A DNA stretch of 64,000 bases. It comes from an uncultured virus (IMG/VR IMGVR_UViG_3300020477_000021). Lineage: Duplodnaviria > Heunggongvirae > Uroviricota > Caudoviricetes. The position numbers and the translations under genes were made by a program. Positions 1-9,891 of this stretch are shown one piece after another; the first letter of the stretch is position 1, and each line of letters starts with the position of its first letter. Location of the stretch: the IMG/VR virus record IMGVR_UViG_3300020477_000021, one strand, 5' to 3'. A model generated the notes under the pieces. The model was not told where the DNA came from. It ran no database searches and saw only the letters and a list, made by a program, of their open reading frames with translations.

Positions 1-1325
1 CTATTACAGCTGCATTGATTGACGACCAAGCAATCACAAATGCTGCGATCAATAACTCTGCTGCAATCGCAGTTTCTAAATTAGCTGCAAGCACCATTTC
101 TGGTGTAACATTGGGTAGTAATCTTGCTACATTAACAATCGGAACAGGAATGGCAGCTACCACTTATACTGGTGCTTCTGCTGCAACTGTTGCTGTTGAT
201 GGTGTATTGGAAGATTTGGATACATTAGGTGCAGCTTCTACTGATGGGGAATTTATTGTTGCAACTGGTGCTGGTGCTTTTGCATACGAATCTGGAAATA
301 CAGCAAGAACATCTCTTGGACTGGGAACAGGAAATACACCAACATTTAATGGTGCTGCAATGGGTAGTGCTAAGATTACTGGTGTTGCTGATCCTACAAA
401 TGCACAAGACGCAGCTACGAAAGCATATGTTGATGCAACTAAAACGGGTCTGGATGTAAAAGGTTCAGTTCGAGCTGCAACGACTGCTAATATCACAATA
501 GCAACTGCTCTAAATAATAATGATACACTTGATGGTATAACATTAGCAACAAATGATCGTGTATTGGTAAAAAACCAAAGCACTGCATCTGAAAATGGAA
601 TTTATGTTGTAGGTGCATCTCCTGCAAGAGCATCTGATTTTGATGCTGACGCAGAAGTAACACCAGGTGCATTTACATTTGTTGAAGAAGGAACAGCTAA
701 TGCAGATTCAGGTTGGGTATTGACTACAGATGGTTCTATTACAGTAGGAACAACTGGGTTGGCATTTACTCAATTCTCTGGTGCTGGTCAAGTAACGGCC
801 GGTGCTGGTATGACTAAATCTGGTAATACGTTGAACGTAATCGGAACAGCAGATAAAATTACGGTTTCTGCTGATGCTGTTACAATCGCAACAACGTATA
901 TTGGTCAAAATTCTATTACCACATTGGGAACGATTACAACTGGTACATGGAATGCGACTGCAATTAGTGCCGCAAAAGGTGGAACAGGACTTGATACTTC
1001 TGGTTTGACTACTGGTGTTCCAAGCATTTCGTCTGGAACATGGTCTGTAGCTGCACGATTAACAGCAGCTCTAGGTGGAACAGCAATTGATACTTCTAGT
1101 TCTACTGGTGTTCCAAGCATTTCGTCTGGAACATGGTCTGTCGGTGCAACTCTCGGAGTAGCACTTGGTGGAACAGCAATTGCATCTTATACAGCTGGTG
1201 ATCTTCTTTATGCTAGTGGTGGAACGACACTCACCAAATTAGCTAAAGGAACTGCTGGCATGGTATTACAACAAGGTGGAAGTAATGCTCCAGTATGGGG
1301 TGTTATTGATGGTGGAACATTCTAA
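1..1325 (+). CDS. Tail fibre-like / virion structural protein, 5'-truncated by the window edge
   Basis: Frame open back to position 3 (att aca gct gca ttg...); Gly/Thr/Ala-rich; DAATKAYVD and VRAATT...DRVLVKNQ...ENGIY motifs typical of phage fibre proteins; ends IDGGTF. Confidence 0.7.
   Translation, partial: ITAALIDDQAITNAAINNSAAIAVSKLAASTISGVTLGSNLATLTIGTGMAATTYTGASAATVAVDGVLEDLDTLGAASTDGEFIVATGAGAFAYESGNTARTSLGLGTGNTPTFNGAAMGSAKITGVADPTNAQDAATKAYVDATKTGLDVKGSVRAATTANITIATALNNNDTLDGITLATNDRVLVKNQSTASENGIYVVGASPARASDFDADAEVTPGAFTFVEEGTANADSGWVLTTDGSITVGTTGLAFTQFSGAGQVTAGAGMTKSGNTLNVIGTADKITVSADAVTIATTYIGQNSITTLGTITTGTWNATAISAAKGGTGLDTSGLTTGVPSISSGTWSVAARLTAALGGTAIDTSSSTGVPSISSGTWSVGATLGVALGGTAIASYTAGDLLYASGGTTLTKLAKGTAGMVLQQGGSNAPVWGVIDGGTF
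1009..1141 (+). repeat. Exact 40-nt direct repeat (1009-1048, 1102-1141), period 93 nt, inside the fibre gene
   Basis: ctactggtgttccaagcatttcgtctggaacatggtctgt occurs twice; encodes TGVPSISSGTWSV. Confidence 0.9.
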
Positions 1326-1336
1326 TATATTTTATA

Positions 1337-1370
1337 GTGGGGGAGAATATATTCTCCCCCACGCATTTTT
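1337..1370 (+). terminator. Intrinsic terminator-like hairpin
   Basis: gtgggggagaat-at-attctcccccac followed by gcattttt. Confidence 0.7.
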
Positions 1371-1384
1371 CGTAAGGAGTAACA

Positions 1385-1606
1385 ATGAGTGAATTTAAAG
1401 AAGGAAATGATAATCAAGAAGAACAACAAAAATATGTTCAAAATTTAGTTAATATTTTGCAAAAGAATTGTAATGAATATTTTGCACAGAATATCCAGTT
1501 AGAAGCTAAAGTTAAATTATTAGAAGAACAGATTGAAACTTTAACAAAAGAAAATGTTAAATTAAAATCTAAAGAAATTACTCGAAAGAAAAAAGAGGAT
1601 AAGTAA
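1385..1606 (+). CDS. Hypothetical coiled-coil protein
   Basis: ORF with AAGGAG RBS; heptad-like Leu/Glu/Lys pattern. Confidence 0.7.
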   Translation: MSEFKEGNDNQEEQQKYVQNLVNILQKNCNEYFAQNIQLEAKVKLLEEQIETLTKENVKLKSKEITRKKKEDK

Positions 1607-1842
1607 TGGCACAAGTAATTAAATTTAAAAGAAGTGAAACAGCATCTGCTGTTCCCGGAGCAAGTGATTTAGAAGTTGGTGAAGTTTGTATGAATATTGC
1701 AGATAAAAAATTATATACTAAAGATACTAATGGTAATATAATTGAAATTGCTAATCAAAGTACTGCTGGTGCTGCAGACGCAGGTGAATTAATGATGACG
1801 GCCAATGCTTCTACTGCAACAATGATTGCTGCTGGTTGGTAA
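1606..1842 (+). CDS. Small fibre-associated protein (Mtd-N-like fibre N-terminal motif)
   Basis: IKFKRS...P...LEVGEVCMNIADKKLY pattern found at fibre N-termini; TAATG coupling. Confidence 0.55.
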   Translation: MAQVIKFKRSETASAVPGASDLEVGEVCMNIADKKLYTKDTNGNIIEIANQSTAGAADAGELMMTANASTATMIAAGW

Positions 1843-1865
1843 ACATAATTTAATAGGAAAACTCT

Positions 1866-2606
1866 ATGGCTGCTATCACTTCAAGAAGCGGATTAAAAGA
1901 ATATTGTTTGCGTCGTCTAGGAAAACCTGTTATTGAAATTAATATTGATGAACAACAATGTGAAGATAGATTAGACGAAGCAATTGATTATTTTCGCCAA
2001 TACCATTTCGATGGTTCAGAAAAAGTATATACAACTCACACAATCACCCAGACAGATATTGACAACGAATATATTACTGCTGGTGACCCAATTCAATCTG
2101 TTATTCGCGTTCTTCCCCAATCAAGTTTATATTCAGCTAGTTTCGCAAACCAAAAATATCAATTAGTATTAAATGACCTAGACACGTTTACTGGGACATC
2201 TATGATAAACTATGCTATGAAGATGTCACATTTTGAAATGTTAGATAATCTTCTTAGTAATGAATATACTTTCATGTTTAATAAAACACAAAACAGATTA
2301 TATATCGAAGAAAAATGGTCGGAAGAATTTAATGTTGGTGATAAGTTAGTAATGGAATGTTATCGTGTATTGGACCCAGAAACATATACAGAAATCTATG
2401 ATAGTATTTTTATTAAAAAATATACAACAGCACTATTCAAAAAACAATGGGGAAATAATCTAAAGAAGTTTGAAGGAGTACAACTACCAGGTGGTATAAC
2501 TCTCAACGGACAAAATATCTATCAAGAGGCACTAGATGAATTAACAAAGATTGAAGAAGAAATGAATCTTGCCTGGGAATTGCCTCCTGATGGATTAATA
2601 GGATAA
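1866..2606 (+). CDS. gp13: Neck protein gp13
   Basis: LKEYCLRRLGKPVIEIN and KKQWGNNLKKF.GVQLPGG motifs; T4 synteny. Confidence 0.92.
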   Translation: MAAITSRSGLKEYCLRRLGKPVIEINIDEQQCEDRLDEAIDYFRQYHFDGSEKVYTTHTITQTDIDNEYITAGDPIQSVIRVLPQSSLYSASFANQKYQLVLNDLDTFTGTSMINYAMKMSHFEMLDNLLSNEYTFMFNKTQNRLYIEEKWSEEFNVGDKLVMECYRVLDPETYTEIYDSIFIKKYTTALFKKQWGNNLKKFEGVQLPGGITLNGQNIYQEALDELTKIEEEMNLAWELPPDGLIG

Positions 2607-2609
2607 TAC

Positions 2610-3452
2610 ATGGGAACCAATCTTTACATAAATAATTTTGGTGCTTCATCGGAGCAAGATTTAATAAATGACCTCACGGCCGAGGTTATTTCTTTTTATG
2701 GAGTAGATACCATCTACATCCCACGAACTCTTGTAGATGAAGATGCACTCTTTGGAGAAGATACGCTCAGTGCTTTTAATTCTGGTTATGAAGTTGATAT
2801 GTTAATAGAAACAACTGATGCGTTTGGTGGAGAGGGAGATTTAATTTCTAAATTTGGATATGAAGTTAAAGATGAAATTACGTTTGCTGTTAGTCGAACA
2901 ACATTTGAAATTTCAACTGGCATTGAAGCACCATTAGCTGGTGATTTAATTCATTTTCCATTGAGTAATGGATTATTTGAAATTAAATTTGTTGAAGATG
3001 AAAATCCGTTCTATCAGGCAGGGAAACTTTATCAATTTAAACTTCAATGTCAACTCTTTGAGTATTCACATGAAGATATTGCAACAGGTGTTGGTCCTGT
3101 TGATGCAGTTCAAGCTGAACAAGCATATGCTGTCGATTTAACAGTTGGAACTCCTGGGTCTGGTAATTTTGCAATTAATGAAATTGTTTATCAAGGTGCG
3201 TCACTTGCAACTGCAACAGCACAAGCAAAAGTTGCATCTTGGAATGCTACTACAAATGTATTAAGAATTACAAATATTGTTGGAACTTTTACTAATGCTG
3301 TAACAATTACTGGTGATACAAGTGCAGCTGCTTGGACTTTATCTGCTGAATCCAAGTTTGCAACTGATATATACGAAGATAATAAAGTAATAGAAACAGA
3401 AGCAGATAGTATTTTAGATTTTACAGAATCTAATCCGTTTGGAGAAGTCTAA
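2610..3452 (+). CDS. gp14: Neck protein gp14
   Basis: YIPR...D.LFGED, GDLIHFP, FEIKFVE.E.PFYQ.G, C-terminal DFTESNPFG. Confidence 0.92.
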   Translation: MGTNLYINNFGASSEQDLINDLTAEVISFYGVDTIYIPRTLVDEDALFGEDTLSAFNSGYEVDMLIETTDAFGGEGDLISKFGYEVKDEITFAVSRTTFEISTGIEAPLAGDLIHFPLSNGLFEIKFVEDENPFYQAGKLYQFKLQCQLFEYSHEDIATGVGPVDAVQAEQAYAVDLTVGTPGSGNFAINEIVYQGASLATATAQAKVASWNATTNVLRITNIVGTFTNAVTITGDTSAAAWTLSAESKFATDIYEDNKVIETEADSILDFTESNPFGEV

Positions 3453-4990
3453 TGATTGGTACATATTTCTATAATAAAAATATTAGAAATATGGTATCAA
3501 CATTTGGTACTATATTTAATAATATTAACGTAAAACGATTTACTTCTGCTGGAGTAATTAAAAAAGAAATTGGTGTTCCCTTAGCATATGGACCTAAAGA
3601 AAAGTTTTTAGTTAGATTGAATCAAATAGGAAAAGATACAACAGGTGCAGCCACTCAAATTACACTTCCTAGAATGAGTTTTGAGTTTACATCAATGGAA
3701 TATGATCCTGCAAGACAATTACAGAAAACACGAAAATTATTTGATGCAACAAATAGACCAACAAATGATGGAACAGCTGCAGGTGGAAAATCTAAGATGT
3801 TATTAGAAAATAGTGCAATGTTAAATGGAGTTGATCGTAATGGATTTCTTTTAGAACGATTAAAAGACCAATATATAATTGCAGAAGATGGAACAGCTCT
3901 CGGTGGAGATGCAGGACTAGCTGCAGGATCAAGATACTCTGTATGGAATCCAGTTCCATTTAATTTTAATGTGAATTTAAATATTATGGTTCAATATTTT
4001 GAAGATGGTACACAAATACTCGAACAAATTCTTCCATACTTTACTCCTGAATTTAATGTTACATTAAAAGAAATGAGTGGTATGAAGTTTACAAGAGATA
4101 TTCCTGTTATTTTTACTGGACTAACAACTGAAGATAGTTATGAAGGAGATTTTTTAAGTAGAAGAGCTATTATTCATACTCTTACTTTTATTATGAAAGG
4201 ATTTATCTACGGAGAAAAGAAATCTACTAAACTTGTTAAAACAGTTAAAGTTAATACGTTTGATATTAATAATACCAGTAGACAAATAACAAATTCTGCT
4301 GTTGTTGGTTCGATTAAAAATATTTCATTAACAAACGTAGGACAAAATTATCTTAAATCAACAACAGTAACATTTAGTGGAAAAAATGGAAGTGGTTCTG
4401 GTGCTACTGCAAAAGTTGATACAACTGGTGGACCTATAACATCTATTACAATTTCTAATCCAGGTATTAATTATCAAGTAGGAGATGATATTATTTTTAC
4501 AGCAACAGATGGAGTTGGTGGTGGCGCTGTTGCAGAAGTTACAGAAGTTGATCCTACACTTAATAATAAAATATTAACAATTTCTCTTACTGATGGTGGT
4601 AGTGGATATATAACAGAACCAACATTGAGTGTTCAAACTGAAGAATATTATATTACACATGAAGATGGTGGTAAAATTTTATTAGAAGATGGTACTGGAG
4701 CTATTATTCTTCCTCCGTCAGTTGGAACTGGTGCAGTTTTACTTGCAAATGGTTGGGGACAATTAACAGATTTACTTCTAACAAATGCAGGAACTGGATA
4801 TATAAATCCAGTAACAGTTTCATTTGAAAATCAAGGAGCAAGAGCGATAAATGGAACTGCAACAGCTACGGCTTATATTACAGAACCAACAGGAGCAGAT
4901 GTTGAACAAACAGTCACTCCGGATCCCACAACAGCTGATGCTACAGATACATTTGGATTTACTGAAACTATAAGTGAGAATAACAGATGA
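3452..4990 (+). CDS. gp15: Tail sheath stabiliser/terminator gp15 with large insertions
   Basis: FGTIFNNI, VPLAYGPKEKFL, LPRMSFE, QILEQILPYFTP; 512 aa with extra repeat domains. Confidence 0.85.
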   Translation: MIGTYFYNKNIRNMVSTFGTIFNNINVKRFTSAGVIKKEIGVPLAYGPKEKFLVRLNQIGKDTTGAATQITLPRMSFEFTSMEYDPARQLQKTRKLFDATNRPTNDGTAAGGKSKMLLENSAMLNGVDRNGFLLERLKDQYIIAEDGTALGGDAGLAAGSRYSVWNPVPFNFNVNLNIMVQYFEDGTQILEQILPYFTPEFNVTLKEMSGMKFTRDIPVIFTGLTTEDSYEGDFLSRRAIIHTLTFIMKGFIYGEKKSTKLVKTVKVNTFDINNTSRQITNSAVVGSIKNISLTNVGQNYLKSTTVTFSGKNGSGSGATAKVDTTGGPITSITISNPGINYQVGDDIIFTATDGVGGGAVAEVTEVDPTLNNKILTISLTDGGSGYITEPTLSVQTEEYYITHEDGGKILLEDGTGAIILPPSVGTGAVLLANGWGQLTDLLLTNAGTGYINPVTVSFENQGARAINGTATATAYITEPTGADVEQTVTPDPTTADATDTFGFTETISENNR

Positions 4991-5424
4991 GCAAAGAATA
5001 TAGAGAAATAAAAATGAATGAATCATTGGAAATAATTGATTCACTTGATAATATTGCAGAACCAGTTAATCAAATAATAACTCGGCGTTCTGTTGAAAAA
5101 GTTTCTGTTAAAAAAACTGATGACGATTTAGAAAATGTAAGAGAAAATTATTATGAGTTAATGGATAGTGGAAAAACTGCAATAGGTGAAATGTTAAATA
5201 TTGCTGGTGAGAGTGAAGCTCCACGAGCCTATGAAGTTGTTGGACAGTTGATTAAAGTAACAGGAGATGTTGCTGATAAACTTAGAGATTTAAAATTAGA
5301 AAAAGAAAAAATAGAAGTAATAAAACAAAAAGCTGAATCACCAAATAATGTAACCAATAATGCAATATTTTTAGGGAGTACAAAAGAACTTCAGGATTTA
5401 ATGAAAAAAAATAAAGGGGATTAA
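4987..5424 (+). CDS. gp16: Terminase small subunit gp16
   Basis: PRAYEVVGQLIK and NNAIFLGSTKELQ motifs. Confidence 0.9.
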   Translation: MSKEYREIKMNESLEIIDSLDNIAEPVNQIITRRSVEKVSVKKTDDDLENVRENYYELMDSGKTAIGEMLNIAGESEAPRAYEVVGQLIKVTGDVADKLRDLKLEKEKIEVIKQKAESPNNVTNNAIFLGSTKELQDLMKKNKGD

Positions 5425-5425
5425 T

Positions 5426-5827
5426 ATGCCTGGCCTTGAAGAACTATCAATGGAGTTGACGGATATATTATTGCCTTGGATGGGAGTTTTAATTTCGATT
5501 ATAATTGCAATATGGTTTAAAGATGTTGCAACTAAGTTTGCAAAGGGGTTGGCATTTCAACTGAATAAACATTTTAATGAGGGTGATAAGGTTATTTTAG
5601 ATGGTGAACGTGCATTAATAATTAAAATAGGATTGTCAGAAACTGTATTTGGAATTATAAAAGATGGTGGACAATGGGATGGAGACTATGTTTGGAGATA
5701 TGTTCCAAATGAACGTATCCCAACTTTACGGTTAGAGAAAGTTGTGTATGATAATACACCAAAAAATAATGCTCTAGCTATTAATGAAAATAAGAAAACA
5801 TTAAAAAAATTGAAGCATAAAAAATGA
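5426..5827 (+). CDS. Hypothetical membrane protein, MscS-like fragment
   Basis: One TM helix, then F.EGDKVILDG and YVPN resembling the MscS beta domain; inserted between gp16 and gp17. Confidence 0.5.
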   Translation: MPGLEELSMELTDILLPWMGVLISIIIAIWFKDVATKFAKGLAFQLNKHFNEGDKVILDGERALIIKIGLSETVFGIIKDGGQWDGDYVWRYVPNERIPTLRLEKVVYDNTPKNNALAINENKKTLKKLKHKK

Positions 5828-7479
5828 ATGAAGATATTAAAACATATTTAAGAAATCCAAATCTTAAAGCTAGTAATGTAAAAGTTAGTTTTACGCAAGA
5901 ACAAGTTGAAGAATATATTAAATGTGCTAAAGACCCAACATATTTCATTGAGAAATATATTCAAATTGTTTCTTTAGATAAAGGATTAGTTCCATTTAAT
6001 CTTTGGGATTTCCAAAGAAAGATGGTAGATACATTTCATAATAATCGTTTTACGATTTGTAAACTACCTAGACAGAGTGGAAAGTCTACAACAATTCTTG
6101 CGTATCTTTTACATTATCTTTTATTTAATCAAAATGTAAGTATTGCAATATTGGCAAATAAAGGAGCACTAGCAAGAGAGTTACTTGGAAGATTGCAACT
6201 AGCATATGAACATATGCCAGTATGGTTGCAACAGGGAATTAAAGTTTGGAATAAAGGTAATATTGAATTAGAGAATGGTTCAAAGATATTAGCAGCTGCA
6301 ACAAGTTCAAGTGCAGTTCGTGGTGGAAGTTATAATATTATTTTTCTTGATGAGTTTGCACACGTTCCACCTCACTTTGCTCATTCATTTTTCAATTCAG
6401 TATATCCTACAATTTCATCTGGTAAAGAAACTAAAGTTTTAATTGTATCTACTCCAAATGGAATGAATTTGTTTTATAAGATGTGGGTGGATGCACATGA
6501 AAAAAGAAGTAAGTATAAACCAATAGAAATTCATTGGAGTGATGTTCCAGGTAGAACAAAAGAATGGAAATCTGATACGATATCAAATACGTCGGTTGAA
6601 CAGTTTGAGCAAGAATTTGAATGTATATTTTTAGGGTCTGCAAATACTCTAATCAATCCTGCAAAACTGAAAACATTGGCTCATATTAATCCAGTTCATC
6701 AACAAGACGGATTTGATGTATTTGAATTTCCAGATAAACAAAAAATATATGCAATGTGTGTAGATGTTGCACACGGAAAAAAATTAGATTATTCTGCATT
6801 TGTTGTGGTAGATATTTCCCAGTTACCCTATAAAGTTGTTGCAAAATATAAGAATAATACAATCACTCCACTTGCATTACCAGCTTTTATTTACAAAGTT
6901 GGACAACAATATAATGATGCAACAATATTAATAGAAGTTAATGATATTGGACAACAGGTTGCAGATGCGTTAAATTTTGATTATGAATATGAGAATCTAT
7001 TTGTAAGTTCAGTAAAGGGACGACAGGGACAGATATTAGGTGGAGGTCATTCAAAAAATATTCAGTTGGGAGTAAGAACAACCAAAACAGTAAAGCGGAT
7101 GGGTTGTTCAACATTAAAATCATTAATTGAAGATGATAAATTGATAGTAAATGATTTTGATATTATTTCTGAATTATCATCTTTTATACAATATGGAAGT
7201 ACATATCGGGGAGAAGATGGAGTACATGATGATTTAGTAATGTGTCTGGTATTGTTTGGATGGTTGATTGACCAAAGATATTTTAAAGAGATTACAGATC
7301 AGGACATACGAAAAACATTAGAGGCCCAAAGGATGCAATATATTGAAGATAATATGACTCCTTTTGGTGAGATTGATGATGGGATTCAGTATGACCAAGA
7401 CGAGGTATTTAACGAAGGTGGAGATGTTTGGACGACAGACAAAGATAGATCAATTATGTCAGCGTATCCAGAAGATTAA
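5824..7479 (+). CDS. gp17: Terminase large subunit gp17
   Basis: Walker A PRQSGKST, Walker B IFLDEFAH, STPNG, nuclease HDDLVM; no intein. Confidence 0.97.
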   Translation: MNEDIKTYLRNPNLKASNVKVSFTQEQVEEYIKCAKDPTYFIEKYIQIVSLDKGLVPFNLWDFQRKMVDTFHNNRFTICKLPRQSGKSTTILAYLLHYLLFNQNVSIAILANKGALARELLGRLQLAYEHMPVWLQQGIKVWNKGNIELENGSKILAAATSSSAVRGGSYNIIFLDEFAHVPPHFAHSFFNSVYPTISSGKETKVLIVSTPNGMNLFYKMWVDAHEKRSKYKPIEIHWSDVPGRTKEWKSDTISNTSVEQFEQEFECIFLGSANTLINPAKLKTLAHINPVHQQDGFDVFEFPDKQKIYAMCVDVAHGKKLDYSAFVVVDISQLPYKVVAKYKNNTITPLALPAFIYKVGQQYNDATILIEVNDIGQQVADALNFDYEYENLFVSSVKGRQGQILGGGHSKNIQLGVRTTKTVKRMGCSTLKSLIEDDKLIVNDFDIISELSSFIQYGSTYRGEDGVHDDLVMCLVLFGWLIDQRYFKEITDQDIRKTLEAQRMQYIEDNMTPFGEIDDGIQYDQDEVFNEGGDVWTTDKDRSIMSAYPED

Positions 7480-7484
7480 GAAAT

Positions 7485-7492
7485 TATAAATA
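7485..7492 (+). promoter_or_regulatory. T4-type late promoter TATAAATA upstream of gp18
   Basis: Exact consensus in an intergenic region; gp55 is encoded in the window. Confidence 0.8.
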
Positions 7493-7611
7493 TTATATAC
7501 TACACTTGGTTAAGGTAAGTGGTGACACAGGACCTTCTAAAGTAGTAAGAAAATAGAAGAGGAACTTCCTCGGAAATGAATGGTAATTCATAAAACAAGG
7601 AGTAACAAGTT

Positions 7612-9288
7612 ATGGCATTTCAGGTATCACCGGGAGTATTAACTACCGAAAAAGATTTAACTACTATTGTCCCTAATGTATCGACAACGGTTGGTGGAAT
7701 GGTAGGACCATTTCAATGGGGACCAGTATTGGAAAGAGTACAAGTAGCAACAGAAAATGAAATGAAAGACCGATTTGGTGAGCCTAATGATGACATTTTT
7801 GAAGATTGGTTGAGTGCTTCTGCATTTCTCGCATATTCTAATAATTTGCATATTGTTAGAACTATTGGAGCTAATGCAAAAAATGCTGTAGTTGGTGGAG
7901 CTGCTGCTGGAACAGCAGTATTAGTAAAAACAGAAGATCACCATGGCAGTATTACTTTTACCGACCAATTAGTTATTGCAAAGTATCCGGGCACACTTGG
8001 AAATAGTCTTAAAGTAGAAATGTGTGATTCAAATGATTTTAGTGGATGGGCTAATAAAGCACATTTTGATGCAGCTCCGGGAACATCTAGTTATGTTACT
8101 GCTCGGGGTGGGTCAAATGATGAACTACATATTCTTATTATTGATGAAGATGGACTATGGACAGGAACACCAGGAGAAGTATTAGAAAAATGGGCATTTG
8201 TATCTCGAGCTCGAGACGCAAAGACAGACCAAGGTGGATCAAATTATTGGATAGATGTTCTTAATAATCAATCTAAGTATGTTTGGGCAGGAATCAATGG
8301 AGAATTAGGTGGTGGTGCAGGTGGAGATTCTACTGGCACATATGGTAATGTAGTAGGAATTAGAGGTGGAAGTTTAGCTGGTGGAGTTGACGATAATACA
8401 TCAACAGGTGGTGGTTCTAATGCTAACCGCCAAACTGGATGGGCAGAATTTCAAAATGCTGAAGAAATTGATGTAAGTATTCTGTTCACAGGTGGAGGAA
8501 CAACAACTGTTGGTGCATGGGTAAAATCTAATGTTGCTGAAACACGAAAAGATTGTGTTGTTTGTGTTTCTCCGAATAGAGCTTCTGTTGTAAATAATTC
8601 TGGCAGTGAAGTAACTGATCTTGGTACTGATAAAACAACGATTGGCTCTTCTTCATATGCTATCATGGATAGTGCATGGAAATATACATTAGATCGTTAT
8701 AATGATAAATTTCGTTGGGTTCCAATGAACGGAGATATTGCTGGATTGATGGCACGAACTGACATTACAGATGATCCGTGGTTCTCTCCTGCAGGATACA
8801 ATCGTGGTGGAATTAAAAATGCAATTAAACTTTCATGGTCACAATCTAAAGCAAATCGTGACTCTATCTATCAAACAGGTGTTAATCCAATCGTTAATTT
8901 CCCATCACAGGGTATTACGTTATTTGGAGATAAAACTTGTTTGACGAAACCTTCTGCATTTGATCGTATTAATGTTCGTCGGTTATTTATCGTACTAGAG
9001 AAAGCAATTGCTCGTGCAGCTAAGTTTTCGTTGTTTGAACTCAATGATGAGTTTACACGTTCTCAGTTTAAAGCACTAGTAGAACCTTTCTTGAGAACTG
9101 TCCAAGGCCGAAGAGGTGTTACAGACTTTAAAGTTGTTTGTGACGATTCTAACAATACTGGTGATATTATTGATAGAAATGAATTTATTGCAGATATTTA
9201 TGTTAAACCTGCACGTTCTATTAACTATATTCAGTTAAATTTTATTGCTACTCGAACAGATGTATCGTTTGAAGAAGTTGGTGGTTAA
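7612..9288 (+). CDS. gp18: Tail sheath protein gp18
   Basis: MAFQVSPGV, PWFSPAG..RG, FDRINVRRLF, KPARSINYIQLNF. Confidence 0.97.
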   Translation: MAFQVSPGVLTTEKDLTTIVPNVSTTVGGMVGPFQWGPVLERVQVATENEMKDRFGEPNDDIFEDWLSASAFLAYSNNLHIVRTIGANAKNAVVGGAAAGTAVLVKTEDHHGSITFTDQLVIAKYPGTLGNSLKVEMCDSNDFSGWANKAHFDAAPGTSSYVTARGGSNDELHILIIDEDGLWTGTPGEVLEKWAFVSRARDAKTDQGGSNYWIDVLNNQSKYVWAGINGELGGGAGGDSTGTYGNVVGIRGGSLAGGVDDNTSTGGGSNANRQTGWAEFQNAEEIDVSILFTGGGTTTVGAWVKSNVAETRKDCVVCVSPNRASVVNNSGSEVTDLGTDKTTIGSSSYAIMDSAWKYTLDRYNDKFRWVPMNGDIAGLMARTDITDDPWFSPAGYNRGGIKNAIKLSWSQSKANRDSIYQTGVNPIVNFPSQGITLFGDKTCLTKPSAFDRINVRRLFIVLEKAIARAAKFSLFELNDEFTRSQFKALVEPFLRTVQGRRGVTDFKVVCDDSNNTGDIIDRNEFIADIYVKPARSINYIQLNFIATRTDVSFEEVGG

Positions 9289-9297
9289 TTCCTAGCG

Positions 9298-9305
9298 TAT
9301 AAATA
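9298..9305 (+). promoter_or_regulatory. Late promoter TATAAATA upstream of gp19
   Basis: Exact consensus, intergenic. Confidence 0.8.
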
Positions 9306-9327
9306 ATAAGTAAAGGAGAATAGGAAT

Positions 9328-9840
9328 ATGGCAAGCATTAGTACATTTAAAACACAGTTTGGATTAGGTGTACGTCCAAATCTGTTTCAAGTAACATTAC
9401 ATTATCCTAATTCAGTTAATCAAGGTCGAAGCACCCACTTCTTAGCAAAAGCAGCTCAGTTACCTGCGTCTACGATTGGACAAATTGATGTTCCTTATCG
9501 TGGTCGAGTTATTAAAGTTCCAGGTGACCGAACATTTGCAGAGTGGACAGTAACGATTTTGAATGATGAGGGATTTACAAATCGAAATGCGATTGAAGTA
9601 TGGATGAATGGAATTAATCAACATCAAGCAAATATTCAAGGTGCCGGAATTGAAATTTATGGTTCCGCAGATGTTAAACAGTTAAATCGTTCAGGTGGAG
9701 TTATTAAATCTTATGAGTTTAGAGATATTTTTCCAACTGAAGTAGCAGCAATGGATTTAGCTTTTGATTCTAATGATGCAGTACAAGAATATACTGTAAC
9801 ATTTCAACTTCAATATTGGGAAGCAAATACAACTAGTTAA
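9328..9840 (+). CDS. gp19: Tail tube protein gp19
   Basis: RPNLFQV, GRVIKVPGDRTFAEWTVT. Confidence 0.95.
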   Translation: MASISTFKTQFGLGVRPNLFQVTLHYPNSVNQGRSTHFLAKAAQLPASTIGQIDVPYRGRVIKVPGDRTFAEWTVTILNDEGFTNRNAIEVWMNGINQHQANIQGAGIEIYGSADVKQLNRSGGVIKSYEFRDIFPTEVAAMDLAFDSNDAVQEYTVTFQLQYWEANTTS

Positions 9841-9844
9841 TTTC

Positions 9845-9877
9845 GGATGGGGAGAGGCAACTCTCCCCTCCTTTTTT
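9845..9877 (+). terminator. Intrinsic terminator
   Basis: ggggagag-gcaa-ctctcccc (GNRA loop) followed by a T-tract. Confidence 0.85.
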
Positions 9878-9891
9878 AAAGGTATACACAC

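Noticed and set aside
1009..1842. Diversity-generating retroelement (fibre repeat plus Mtd-N-like gene)
   Set aside because: The repeat copies are identical and in frame in one gene, with no adenine-specific differences; no reverse transcriptase in the window.
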